In this document: piece after piece, positions 1 through 9,297 of the stretch
How the letters are laid out: every line of letters starts with the position of its first letter
Numbering within the stretch: position 1 is the first letter of the stretch
Assembly (NCBI GenBank): GCA_050633305.1
Contig: JBOEGF010000010.1
Location: forward strand, 320,001-384,000
DNA from: Nannocystales bacterium
Lineage (GTDB): Bacteria > Myxococcota_A > Polyangia > Nannocystales > Nannocystaceae
Length of the DNA stretch: 64,000 bases
Direction: 5' to 3'
Notes under the pieces: model-generated
Database searches by the model: none
What the model saw: the letters and a program-made list of their open reading frames with translations, nothing else
What the model was told of the DNA's origin: nothing
Translations under genes and position numbers: made by a program

Positions 1-1113
1 GTCCACGCCGCCCACCACACGGGCGCCACTGTCGACGAGGTACGCCTGTCCGGCTCCGGAGAAAGGCGCCTGCACCCCATCCCGGGCGTCTTGCCAGCGC
101 GCGGCCGCCGATGCACCAGCGCGATCGCAATCGAGTCCTGGCGCGGCGCGACGCATCGACCACCCGCCGACTCCTGCGAAGATGGCCACTCCGACACCTG
201 CCGCCAGTGGCCACCATCGTCGTGGTTGCAGCGTGCGCTCGAGCGCGGACGCGAGTTCGTGGGCAGAAGACCAGCGGTCCTCAGGATCATGGGCCAGTCC
301 GCGCTGCACGATACGACCGACCGCACGCGGAACCCCCGGAATGGGCGCAGCACCGTGGCCCACCGCGTCGTCGAAGTCCTGCGAGTCCCCGTTCGGGAAG
401 GGACGTTCGCCATTGAGCCCCTCATACAACGCCACACTGAGCGAGAAGATATCGGCCGCAGGCGAATCCGCTCGTGCCCGAAGCTTCTCGGGCGCTGCGT
501 ATCCCAGCGTCCCTCCCACTCCAGTCGTGCTGTCACCAGCGGCCACGGGGGCGGCGACGCTGGCCATGGCCTCTTCACGGAGTTGTGCGAGGCCGAAGTC
601 GATCAACTTCACGTCGCGTTGGGCGTCGAGGAGCAGATTGGAGGGCTTGATGTCGCCGTGTACGACGCCTTCATCGTGGGCATAGGCGAGGGCGCGCGCG
701 GCCTGCCCGAACGCGCGGACCACCGCGCGCCAGTGAGGCCGAGTCTCGAACCAGGTGTTGAGTTCACAGCCATCGATTCGCTCCATCGCGACGTAGACCC
801 GGTCGTCTGTCGAACCGATGTCGAAGACGGTCACGATGTGGCGGTGTTTCAAGCGCGCAAGCACATGCGCTTCATGGCGGAGTCGGGCCTGCGACAGACG
901 TCCGTCGAGACGGAGCAGCTTCAGCGCCACCGGCCGTGAGAGGTGGGGGTCCCAGCCCTCGTACACCGTGCCCATGCCCCCCGAGCCGATCCTCGTGCGG
1001 AGCTCGAACCGTCCCAACCGGCGCGGCGGGCGTGCCTCGCCGAGCAGCGTGACCCGAAGCCGCTCATGAAGCATGCCCATTCGCAGCGAGTCCTCGCGGT
1101 CCCCGGGATCCAT
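1..1113 (-). CDS. Membrane-anchored Ser/Thr protein kinase, 3' end runs off the window (start may be TTG 1155)
   Basis: Absent from the ORF track. Manual minus-strand translation gives IGSGGMGTVY, VALK, HGDIKPSN, DFG, GTLGYAAPE and DIFSL, then a hydrophobic helix WWPLAAGVGVAIFAGVGGW. Confidence 0.92.
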   Translation of the reverse strand, partial: MDPGDREDSLRMGMLHERLRVTLLGEARPPRRLGRFELRTRIGSGGMGTVYEGWDPHLSRPVALKLLRLDGRLSQARLRHEAHVLARLKHRHIVTVFDIGSTDDRVYVAMERIDGCELNTWFETRPHWRAVVRAFGQAARALAYAHDEGVVHGDIKPSNLLLDAQRDVKLIDFGLAQLREEAMASVAAPVAAGDSTTGVGGTLGYAAPEKLRARADSPAADIFSLSVALYEGLNGERPFPNGDSQDFDDAVGHGAAPIPGVPRAVGRIVQRGLAHDPEDRWSSAHELASALERTLQPRRWWPLAAGVGVAIFAGVGGWSMRRAAPGLDCDRAGASAAARWQDARDGVQAPFSGAGQAYLVDSGARVVGGVD

Positions 1114-1331
1114 TCGCGGGTCAGACGGGTCTTCGGTGCCGAGGTTGCGCGTCAACGACCGCGATGAGGGGGTGGAGCCCGCGGTATTCCCTCGTTGCCC
1201 GACATCAACAACGCGGCGCGTGATGAGCGAGATACCTCACTCGGTTTTTGAGCCTCCGCGTGATCGATTGACCCCGCTCGGGCTTCTTGTCGCGCGCTCC
1301 CCCGGTGGGAGTCCACCAGCACAGGAAACCG

Positions 1332-3950
1332 ATGACCGACACCGTCCTCTCCGAAGCAGCCGCCAACAGACTCGTCCGCAAGATCCAGCGTGCCAAGAGC
1401 TGGGACAAATGGGACCCGATCGTCGAGGAGACCGAGTACGACAACGTGCGCGGCTGCCAAATCGCGTGGGATTTGCACGGCCGGGGCCTGCTCGATGTCG
1501 GCACGATGCCCGGGCTCTGGCACGCGCTCGCGAACCACCCCGAACTGGCACCGCCAGCCGCGGTCGCCTCGATGCTTTCGACGTTGGAGCGCTTCACTGC
1601 GCGCGAGGACGAGGACGACTGCGAGGAGGACGATGACGACTACGAGGAGGACGACTACGACGAGGAGGACGAGGAGTTCTGCCAGGACAATTACGAGGAG
1701 GACGAGGAGGACGAGGAGGACGAGGACGACGACGACGATGACGACGAGGAAGAAGATGAGAACGAAGACCCCTGGCCCGAGTCGCTCGATGCGCTGGCCT
1801 TCGTGGCGTCGTTGCGAGACCCGGCTGCATTCGACAACGTGGATGCGTTCCCTGAACCGGTACGTCGCGGGCTAGCCTTCACCTTCCTACGCACCGGGAA
1901 GACGTTGACCGATGCACAACGGGACCGCCTTCGCCAAGACCTCGCGAAACAACACCTCGACCAAGGGCTACCCGTCGAGCTGCAGATGGTTGTCGACGGA
2001 GCACCGACCAAGGTGAAGCTGTTCGACGACGACTACGCGCGTCTGCAGCCCAACGCGCACCACCAGCAGATCATCGACAGTTTGGGCGGAAGCACCTCAT
2101 GGGCGGAGGCAATTCTCGCTGCAGCGCGCAAACGGCAGTGGAACCTCAGTGCGGAGCGCAGTCGCCCGGCGGTGAGGATCGCTCCTGTCGACGACCTCGC
2201 CCACTTCTTCGCCACCTACGACGCGGGGGCCAGCAAGTACCGTGCGATCTACGAGATCCTCACGACGTTGCGCAACGACAGCGTCGACGACCTGCTTCGG
2301 GTTGCCGAGCAGCTGGACGAAAAGGACGACGAGCAGGAAGCCGACGCCGTACGTACCGTGGCAATCCTGCGAGCGCGAGACCAGGGACTCGCGATCGATC
2401 GGGCCCTCGACGAGAAGTTCGCAGCGCGCGGCCGATACCTCGACGAGTACGCGCCCCAGGCCCCCTACGTGGGACTCGAACAGACATTGGATGCGCTGCG
2501 CCATCTCGGGCCCGAGCGTGCCCGGGCGATCCTCGAGCGGGAGATCTCCGGGCGGCACTACGACGCCCTCGGTGCTCTGCCCTCCCTCGTCGCCCTCGAT
2601 GACCTCGCACTCACTCAACGATGCCTCGAGGCGATCCTGCCCGAGATGCAGCACGCCGGCGGCGACTGGGTGTTCGGCTGGCGGCCGCACGGGCTGGGAG
2701 TCTTGCCCCTGCTCGCCACGACCCACGACACCGACGAGCGCCCCAAGACCAAAGAAGTCCTGCACCTCGCCATCCTGCACCTGCTCGCCGACGCCTCCGA
2801 TCGTGGCATCGAGTTCGATGCGCAGTGGGACCGATTCCTGCACTTTCGCGACCACGAGGACCTCAACTCGTACGACTTCGTGCACAAGGTCGTCCCGCAG
2901 ATGCGCCGCATTCTCGCCAAGCTTCCCGAAGACCGGGCGAGCACCGCGATGTTGAACGGTCTCGACCCCGAGCAACGAACCTTCGCGAGGCCCTTCTCCT
3001 GTTTCGCCGTACGCCCGATCGACGCCGTCCTCGACCGCGGATTCGATCTTCTCGCCCAACACGCGTCCCGCCTCAATCAGCCCACCCACGACTACGTCAG
3101 CGAGGTCGTCCGCGACCTCGGTGAGCGGGTGCACTCCCGGCTGCAGGCGGCGATGGAGACCAGCCAAAGCCCGCAGCTCGCCAAGCTGTTCAGAGCCGCG
3201 CTGGGTGAGCAGCACTTCGAGACTCTGATGGCGGGCAGCGAAGCGGCTCAGATCAAGGCCGAGACCCACGTCCAAAAGGTGCAGCGCATCGCCGCCGAGC
3301 TGAAGGGGCGCGACGATCTGATCCGCATCTACCTGCTCGAGGTCGATCACGAGGCCCAGGCGGCGCCGGGCGAGATGAACCGCGTCGGCGACACGGCGAT
3401 CGGCTTCACCGCCGAGACCTGGCCCACCCGGAGTGACAGCGAAGAAGAAGACGACCCCGAGGACTCCCGCAAGGAGCACGTCTTCACGCTCGACCTCGCC
3501 TCCGTCCCCGAACTCCAGTCCCAGTTCCCGGACGCCGCTGCCATCGCGCTGTTCATCGACTCGCGTGACGACAACGAGGCCTACGAGCCGCACAACGACG
3601 AAACGACGCTCGTTCCCCTGACCCGCGCCGACCTCGAACACGGGGAACTCGCCACCGACGAGCGCGATGCCAACCCCTTTGCCGTGATCCCCGTCGACAT
3701 CCCGGCTGCTGTCTTCGACATCGACGGCGAGAACGCCGATGACCCTGCTCTGCACGACTTGAGAACCGCGGTCTACCAATCCAGCGGACGCGTCCTCGGA
3801 CACCCGATCTGGCTGCAGGGCGACGACGACGACGGCGACCCCGGAAGCGTCTTCCTGCTCCAGTTCGACGAGGGCTTCGCGTCCATGAACCTGGGCGACT
3901 GCGGCGTGATGTACGTCTATGACGACACCGCCTTCTGGCAGTGCCACTGA
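1332..3950 (+). CDS. Large protein with an N-terminal acidic tract and a C-terminal DUF1963/YwqG-like domain
   Basis: ATG 1332 follows AGGAA. C-terminus GRVLGHPIWLQG...FLLQFD...MNLGDCGVMYVY...FWQCH matches the YwqG-type pattern. Confidence 0.75.
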   Translation: MTDTVLSEAAANRLVRKIQRAKSWDKWDPIVEETEYDNVRGCQIAWDLHGRGLLDVGTMPGLWHALANHPELAPPAAVASMLSTLERFTAREDEDDCEEDDDDYEEDDYDEEDEEFCQDNYEEDEEDEEDEDDDDDDDEEEDENEDPWPESLDALAFVASLRDPAAFDNVDAFPEPVRRGLAFTFLRTGKTLTDAQRDRLRQDLAKQHLDQGLPVELQMVVDGAPTKVKLFDDDYARLQPNAHHQQIIDSLGGSTSWAEAILAAARKRQWNLSAERSRPAVRIAPVDDLAHFFATYDAGASKYRAIYEILTTLRNDSVDDLLRVAEQLDEKDDEQEADAVRTVAILRARDQGLAIDRALDEKFAARGRYLDEYAPQAPYVGLEQTLDALRHLGPERARAILEREISGRHYDALGALPSLVALDDLALTQRCLEAILPEMQHAGGDWVFGWRPHGLGVLPLLATTHDTDERPKTKEVLHLAILHLLADASDRGIEFDAQWDRFLHFRDHEDLNSYDFVHKVVPQMRRILAKLPEDRASTAMLNGLDPEQRTFARPFSCFAVRPIDAVLDRGFDLLAQHASRLNQPTHDYVSEVVRDLGERVHSRLQAAMETSQSPQLAKLFRAALGEQHFETLMAGSEAAQIKAETHVQKVQRIAAELKGRDDLIRIYLLEVDHEAQAAPGEMNRVGDTAIGFTAETWPTRSDSEEEDDPEDSRKEHVFTLDLASVPELQSQFPDAAAIALFIDSRDDNEAYEPHNDETTLVPLTRADLEHGELATDERDANPFAVIPVDIPAAVFDIDGENADDPALHDLRTAVYQSSGRVLGHPIWLQGDDDDGDPGSVFLLQFDEGFASMNLGDCGVMYVYDDTAFWQCH
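1605..1769 (+). repeat. Low-complexity (GAC/GAG)n tract encoding 55 aa, 46 of them Asp/Glu
   Basis: Read directly from the sequence; in frame with the CDS starting at 1332. Confidence 0.9.
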
Positions 3951-4008
3951 AGTGGACTCGCGGGCCTTGCGAAGAGCAGGCCGGTGAGTTTCCAGAGCCG
4001 GTGGTCAC

Positions 4009-4404
4009 TCAGGGCGGCGGCCGCAACACTGACCCGACTTGTTGTTCGGTGGGATGCGGTGTGTTTGCGGCTCGGGTGGCGGTGTTCGAGACGATGGGCG
4101 GGACCGGGACCGTGCGATCCCAACTCGCCATTCGTCTTCGACGGGCTCTCACGGATGGCGATCCATCGTGGCCGAACTTCAGGACCGCGCTGAGGAGTCC
4201 GGACGAGGCGAGCGCCGAGAGGAGATACGCCGCGGCGCTGAGCCAGCCGGCGATCGCCGCGATGCTTGCACCCAAGAACAGGACGGCAGCTGCGGCGCCG
4301 ACAAGGTAGACCCGGTTTGCATGCCGGTCCTCCAGGTTTGAGAGTGAAGACACTGGTCGGGGGAACGGGACCGCAGGCGGTCGGAGGGCGGTCGTCGTGG
4401 TCAT
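4009..4404 (-). CDS. Small membrane protein (about 2 TM helices), unknown function
   Basis: 131 aa ORF with hydrophobic core VYLVGAAAAVLFLGASIAAIAGWLSAAAYLLSALASSGLLSAVL and a strong promoter directly upstream. Confidence 0.7.
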   Translation of the reverse strand: MTTTTALRPPAVPFPRPVSSLSNLEDRHANRVYLVGAAAAVLFLGASIAAIAGWLSAAAYLLSALASSGLLSAVLKFGHDGSPSVRARRRRMASWDRTVPVPPIVSNTATRAANTPHPTEQQVGSVLRPPP

Positions 4405-4410
4405 TTTTTT

Positions 4411-4438
4411 ATTATATGAAAATGATAATCCTTTTCAA
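4411..4438 (-). promoter_or_regulatory. sigma70-type promoter TTGAAA-N16-TATAAT, probably producing a leaderless mRNA
   Basis: Minus strand: TTGAAA (4438-4433), 16 nt, perfect TATAAT (4416-4411), 6 nt, then ATG at 4404. It is an AT-rich island in GC-rich DNA. Confidence 0.8.
4418..4436. promoter_or_regulatory. Fur-box-like operator
   Basis: GAAAATGATAATCCTTTTC matches the classical GATAATGATAATCATTATC at 16/19 positions and overlaps the -35 and spacer. Confidence 0.8.
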
Positions 4439-4508
4439 GTTAAGCGGTCTGAGGATTTTGTGACGTGGCTCATCGGGGCCAGCAGGGAACGATGCTTCCT
4501 TCGAGCCC

Positions 4509-5390
4509 GTGAAGGCCGTCATCGATATCGGGACGAACTCGGTGCTCCTGTTGCTTGGCTCGCGTGACGCGACCGGGGCCGTTCGCATCAGCCGAGACGA
4601 GGCTCGGGTCGCGCGATTGGGGGAGGGGGTCGCCAAGAGGGGTTCACTCCTGCCCGCTGCGATCGAGCGAACCGTTCGCGTCCTCGCCGACTACAGGGCT
4701 CTGGCGGACGAAGCCGGCGCCCCGATCCAGGCGGTCGCGACCGAGGGTCTCAGGTTGGCATGTGACAGGGACGTCTTCCTCGAGCGCGCCTGCGAGGCCC
4801 TCGGGGTCCCGGTGCGCTTGATCTCCGGCGAGGAGGAGGCGGAGCTCTCGTACCTATCCGTGGCTCGCGAACACCCCGAGGTGGGTGAAATGCGGGTGAT
4901 CGACATCGGAGGCGCATCCACCGAGCTCGCCGTGGGCAAGGGGGAGGTGGTCGGCGGCGTGGTCTCTCACAAGATTGGCTCGGTCCGTCTTACGGAGGCG
5001 CACGTCGCCCACGATCCGATTCTGGCGGAAGAAGTGCTCGCGATCGAGGCCACGGCACGAAAGGCGTTCGCGGCTCAGCCGCTCCCGCCATCCGAAGAAC
5101 TCTATGGTCTTGCCGGGACTGTGACCACCACGGCCGCGCTGTTGCTTGGGCTCGACGCATACGACCGTGACCGAATCGATGGGACGCGGTGGAGCATCTC
5201 GGAGATCGTGGGGTTGCGAGATGTCCTGGCTGCCGAACCCTTGGACGTGCGAGTGCAGCGCCCGTGTCTCCCTCCCGGACGCGCAGACGTCGTTGTCGCA
5301 GGCCTGAGTATTCTGCGAGTTGCCATGGAGCACTGCGGCGCGAAGACGCTGGTCGTGCGAGACCGCGGACTTCGCTACGCGCTGCTGTAG
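4509..5390 (+). CDS. ppx: Ppx/GppA family phosphatase (short form)
   Basis: AVIDIGTNS, ATEGLR, ISGEEEAELSY, DIGGASTE, IGSVRLTE, RADVVVAG, RGLRY. Confidence 0.9.
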   Translation: MKAVIDIGTNSVLLLLGSRDATGAVRISRDEARVARLGEGVAKRGSLLPAAIERTVRVLADYRALADEAGAPIQAVATEGLRLACDRDVFLERACEALGVPVRLISGEEEAELSYLSVAREHPEVGEMRVIDIGGASTELAVGKGEVVGGVVSHKIGSVRLTEAHVAHDPILAEEVLAIEATARKAFAAQPLPPSEELYGLAGTVTTTAALLLGLDAYDRDRIDGTRWSISEIVGLRDVLAAEPLDVRVQRPCLPPGRADVVVAGLSILRVAMEHCGAKTLVVRDRGLRYALL

Positions 5391-5432
5391 TCCAACCAAT
5401 CGCGTATCCTCAGCCGGACCCGAAACGCCGCC

Positions 5433-6266
5433 GTGAAGCTCGACCTCCATTGTCATTCCACGTGTTCGGACGGCTCCCTGTCAGCCTACGACGTTGCCCG
5501 CCGCGCCGGGGAGTACGGTGTGGAACTCTTCAGCCTCACCGACCACGATACGTTCGCGGGCTTCGAGGATACGAAAGACGTCCTTGAGGAGAGCGGAGCG
5601 ACCGTGCTTCGGGGGATGGAGCTGAGCTGCAAGGACAACGGGCGGACGGTGCACCTGCTGCTCTACGACCTGCAGGAGGGGCCGGGGCTGGAGGCTGTTC
5701 GAACAAGAACCGAGCGGATCTTCGTGGCTCGTACCGAGCGACTACGGGAAATCTGCGGTCGCTTGGAGGCGCTTGGCCACCACCTCGATCCCGAGGCGAT
5801 CCTCGCCCAGACCCACGGTGTTCCCGGACGTCCCGCGGTCGCGAAGGCGTTGGTCCAGGCGGGCATCTGCACGAGCATGAAGGAATCGTTCTCCCGGTTT
5901 CTACGCGACGGCGGGCCCGCCGACGTCCCAGTTGAACGCGTGTCGTTGCGCGATGGGCTCGACCTCGGTCTGGGTGCAGGCGCGAAGGCGTCGCTTGCCC
6001 ACCCGCATGCCTTCGGGGCGTTTGCACTGGTCGAGTCGATCTGCCGACGCCACCGGGAGCACGGCTTGACCGGACTCGAGGCCCTGTACGGTCGTTATGG
6101 CAAGGCGGAACGCACGGGCTGGCTGCGGCTCGTGGACAAGTTCGACATGGTCGCGACCGGCGGCTCCGATTTTCACGGCGAGGCGATTCCCGAAATCACA
6201 CGGCCGGGTATCGAGCTCGACCCTGCGAGGTCGGAGCTTCTGTCGCAGTGGCTTCTCGCGGGCTGA
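5433..6266 (+). CDS. PHP-domain phosphoesterase (TrpH/YciV-like)
   Basis: DLHCHSTCSDG, LTDHDT, GMELS, AHP and TGGSDFHG motifs. Confidence 0.9.
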   Translation: MKLDLHCHSTCSDGSLSAYDVARRAGEYGVELFSLTDHDTFAGFEDTKDVLEESGATVLRGMELSCKDNGRTVHLLLYDLQEGPGLEAVRTRTERIFVARTERLREICGRLEALGHHLDPEAILAQTHGVPGRPAVAKALVQAGICTSMKESFSRFLRDGGPADVPVERVSLRDGLDLGLGAGAKASLAHPHAFGAFALVESICRRHREHGLTGLEALYGRYGKAERTGWLRLVDKFDMVATGGSDFHGEAIPEITRPGIELDPARSELLSQWLLAG

Positions 6267-6273
6267 AGAAGTC

Positions 6274-7125
6274 TCAAGACCGGGCTGCCCGGCGGTTTCC
6301 CCGGAGCGGGGAGCGGATGACGGCCCACGTTCTGGCGATCGGCGGGGGACTCGATGTGGCGATGACGTCGCGCCCGCACTGGGTGCATCGAGGCACGCTG
6401 ACGTGAGTATCGGGGTGGACAGGCGTGGCGCAGTGTTGGCATGCGTTCGCCCGAGGCGCCGTTGCGGGGGGCAAGTCGCCCACGACTCGGACGATCGTCG
6501 GATCGTGCGCCCCGAGCCAGGCAGGAGCAGGACCGGCGCGGTGGGATAACCCGCACCGCCCACAGTGCACCGAATGCATCGGGCTCTGCGCGCTGAGTGG
6601 AAGCGCGGCGTCACAGTTGTGGCAGCAGCTCTCCCCTTGTTCGCCGTGAACGAGCAACCGCCAGGGTCCGCTGCTCATACGCGTGAAGCCAGCGCCACGC
6701 ACCGCGACTTCGAATGCTCCTGCCCACCACTGTGGGTCGAGGTCAGCGTGAAATCCACAGCGAGTGCACGTGGCATCGATCCAGGGGCCGTTGATGGCAA
6801 CGGTGCCGCCGCACGCCGGACACGAGGCGTGAACACGAAGCCGCAGGACCTGCTCGACCTGCTCGACGGAGGCCGAAGGCGCCGGTTCGTGCCCAATCCA
6901 ACCGAGTTCATCGCCGCGGGTAAGGTCTTCGCCGGGGCCTTTGCTGGTCTTGAGCAAAACGCCGTCCGCCGTCGCGAGGATCTCCACAACCGCCTTGTCC
7001 GCTTCGACCTCGACCAACCGCTGCCCTGAACGAACCTGATCTCCTTCGGACACGAACCACTGCGTGATCGTGCCCGAAGTGTGTTCGTCGCCCAGGTCAA
7101 AGAGGATGACGGTCGGGGCGCTCAC
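6274..7125 (-). CDS. Lipoyl/biotinyl-attachment domain fused to a multi-CxxC zinc-ribbon region
   Basis: N-terminal GTITQWFVSEGDQV...LVEVEADKAVVEI...G is lipoyl-domain-like. Six CxxC motifs follow. Confidence 0.75.
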   Translation of the reverse strand: MSAPTVILFDLGDEHTSGTITQWFVSEGDQVRSGQRLVEVEADKAVVEILATADGVLLKTSKGPGEDLTRGDELGWIGHEPAPSASVEQVEQVLRLRVHASCPACGGTVAINGPWIDATCTRCGFHADLDPQWWAGAFEVAVRGAGFTRMSSGPWRLLVHGEQGESCCHNCDAALPLSAQSPMHSVHCGRCGLSHRAGPAPAWLGAHDPTIVRVVGDLPPATAPRANACQHCATPVHPDTHVSVPRCTQCGRDVIATSSPPPIARTWAVIRSPLRGNRRAARS

Positions 7126-7153
7126 ATCGGCAGTGTAGCCGGTGCGAGCCTCG

Positions 7154-7540
7154 CTAGCCTTCCATCCGCTTCACCGGGCTGGTCGCGTCGAGTTCGACGC
7201 GCTCGTGCTCGGTGAGGACTTTGGAGCGCGTCAGGAACCGCATGCCCTCGGGCGACTCGAGGGAGAAGCCCGCACCGCGGCCGGCCACCGCATCGATGAC
7301 CAACCGGGTGTGCTTCCACAGCTCCCACTGCGCCGCTCCGATGTAGACCGAACAGCCCTCGATCTCACCCAGGAGGATGTCGCTGCGCCCGAGCTTGAAC
7401 TCCCCCGCGGGGTAGCACATGGGCGCGCTGCCATCGCAGCAGCCACCGGACTGATGAAACATCAGCGGCCCGTGCACGTCGCGAAGCCGCTTGATCAGGC
7501 TCGCCGCGACGTCCGTGACGCCCACCCGGGCAACCGCCAC
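7154..7540 (-). CDS. DUF779 family protein
   Basis: HGPLMFHQSGGCCDGSAPMCY and GRGAGFSLESPEGMRFLTRS; its start overlaps the aldehyde dehydrogenase stop, the usual context for this family. Confidence 0.9.
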   Translation of the reverse strand: MAVARVGVTDVAASLIKRLRDVHGPLMFHQSGGCCDGSAPMCYPAGEFKLGRSDILLGEIEGCSVYIGAAQWELWKHTRLVIDAVAGRGAGFSLESPEGMRFLTRSKVLTEHERVELDATSPVKRMEG

Positions 7541-9060
7541 TAGAAGAACCCCATGGGCTTGGGATCGTAGCTCACCAGCAGGTTCTTGGTCTGCTGGTAG
7601 TGGTCCAGCATCATCTTGTGGTTCTCGCGACCGATGCCGGAGTGCTTGTACCCACCGAACGCAGCATGCGCTGGGTAGAGGTGGTAGCAGTTCGTCCAGA
7701 CACGACCGGCCTCAATCGCTCGACCTGCGCGAAACGCAGTCGCACCGCTGCGAGTCCACACGCCGGCACCGAGGCCGTAGAGCGTGTCGTTTGCGATGTT
7801 GATTGCGTCGTCGTAGTCCTCGAAGCTGGTGACGGAGACGACGGGTCCGAAGATCTCTTCCTGGAACACCCGCATCTTGTTGTTCCCTCGGAAGATGGTC
7901 GGCTGGACGTAGTAGCCACCCGCCAGGTCTCCTTCGAGCTCCGCCCGTGCTCCGCCCATCAGGACCTCAGCACCCTCTTGCTTGCCGATGTCGAGGTAGC
8001 TGAGGATCTTCTCGAACTGGTCGTTCGATGCCTGTGCGCCGATCGTCGTGGCGGGGTCGAGGGGGTTGCCCGGTGCGTGCGTCTTGGCTCGTTCGACGGC
8101 GAGCTCGAGGAACGAACCGTAGATCGACTTCTCCACCAGGGCTCGCGATGGGCAGGTGCAGACCTCGCCCTGGTTGAGCGCGAACATGCCGAAGCCTTCG
8201 AGGCATTTCTGCAAGAAGTCGTCGTTCTCCTGCATCACGTCCGCGAAGAAGAGGTTGGGGCTCTTGCCTCCGAGCTCGAGGGTGACGGGGATGATGTTCT
8301 CCGTCGCGTACTGCATGATCAGCCGCCCGGTGGTGGTCTCTCCGGTAAACGCGACCTTCGCGATGCGGTTGCTCTGCGCGAGGGGCTTTCCCGCTTCGAC
8401 ACCGAAGCCGTTGACGATGTTGAGGACGCCCGGCGGAAGCAGGTCTCCGCATAGCTCCGCGAAGAGCATCAGCGACACCGGGGTCTGCTCGGCCGGCTTG
8501 ATCACCACGGCGTTGCCCGCAGCCAGGGCGGGAGCGAGCTTCCATGCCGCCATGAGCAACGGGAAGTTCCAGGGGATGATCTGGCCGACGACACCCAGTG
8601 GCTCTTTCACGTGATAGGCAACCGTGTTGGCGTCCAGCTCGGCCATGGAGCCTTCTTGGGCGCGGATGCAGCCGGCGAAGTACCGGAAGTGATCGATGGC
8701 CAGGGGAAGGTCGGCGGCCAGCGTCTCGCGGACGGGCTTGCCGTTGTCCCAGCTTTCTGCGACCGCGAAGCGCTCCAAGTTCTGCTCGAGGCGCTCGGCG
8801 ATCTTCATCAGCACCGTCGAACGGTCTCCAGCGCTTGTTTTGCCCCACGCCGGAGCGGCTTTGTGTGCCGCATCCAGGGCTGTCTCGATGTCCTCTGCGG
8901 TGGAGCGCGCAACCTCGCAGAACACCTTGCCGGTCACCGGGGTCACATTCTCGAAGTAGTTTCCTTGGGCCGGTTCGACGAACTCGCCGCCGATGTAGTT
9001 GCCGTAGCGGCTCTTGAAAGTGACGAGGGATCCTTCGGTATTGGGGGCTTTGTAGACCAC
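7540..9060 (-). CDS. aldB: Aldehyde dehydrogenase (AldB/AcoD/ExaC acetaldehyde dehydrogenase type), 506 aa
   Basis: [22 protein letters not shown], catalytic [17 protein letters not shown] and [20 protein letters not shown] 9060 has an AGGA RBS. Confidence 0.95.
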   Translation of the reverse strand: MVYKAPNTEGSLVTFKSRYGNYIGGEFVEPAQGNYFENVTPVTGKVFCEVARSTAEDIETALDAAHKAAPAWGKTSAGDRSTVLMKIAERLEQNLERFAVAESWDNGKPVRETLAADLPLAIDHFRYFAGCIRAQEGSMAELDANTVAYHVKEPLGVVGQIIPWNFPLLMAAWKLAPALAAGNAVVIKPAEQTPVSLMLFAELCGDLLPPGVLNIVNGFGVEAGKPLAQSNRIAKVAFTGETTTGRLIMQYATENIIPVTLELGGKSPNLFFADVMQENDDFLQKCLEGFGMFALNQGEVCTCPSRALVEKSIYGSFLELAVERAKTHAPGNPLDPATTIGAQASNDQFEKILSYLDIGKQEGAEVLMGGARAELEGDLAGGYYVQPTIFRGNNKMRVFQEEIFGPVVSVTSFEDYDDAINIANDTLYGLGAGVWTRSGATAFRAGRAIEAGRVWTNCYHLYPAHAAFGGYKHSGIGRENHKMMLDHYQQTKNLLVSYDPKPMGFF

Positions 9061-9123
9061 GGTGTGTTCCTGGGTTCGAGGTGGGTTCGGGCACCCGCTG
9101 TGGGTGTCTCCACCTGGGCCTTG

Positions 9124-9139
9124 AGCAAGCTTGGTGCCA
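9124..9139 (-). promoter_or_regulatory. sigma54 (-24/-12) promoter of aldB
   Basis: Minus strand TGGCACCAAGCTTGCT equals TGGCAC-N5-TTGC, about 65 nt upstream of the aldB start and next to a sigma54 activator gene. Confidence 0.9.
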
Positions 9140-9191
9140 ATCGTGCGGTTGGGCCGCTGCAACGCGTTCCGCGAGCATGTGTCGCGCCCGC

Positions 9192-9234
9192 CTGTCGCGC
9201 TCGCGACAGCGACACCTGTTGCGTTTCGCGACAG
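9192..9234. promoter_or_regulatory. Putative enhancer (UAS) sites: two tandem inverted repeats
   Basis: CTGTCGCG-CT-CGCGACAG (9192-9209, perfect) and CTGTTGCG-TTT-CGCGACAG (9216-9234), about 55-95 bp upstream of the -24 element. Confidence 0.65.
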
Positions 9235-9297
9235 TCGCGAACTATTCTGATCCCACGCGCGTGGAGTCTCGGGGCTCCGCGAGGCGCGTCGTATTGT

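Noticed and set aside
91..939. Plus-strand 282-aa ORF
   Set aside because: Antisense shadow of the minus-strand kinase, which has all the motifs.
2097..3947. Long antisense ORFs (also 34998-37160, 37251-39050, 41668-43647, 46934-48886, 49115-51139, 60421-62238)
   Set aside because: Mirror frames of real genes, expected from GC-rich codon bias; no motifs of their own.
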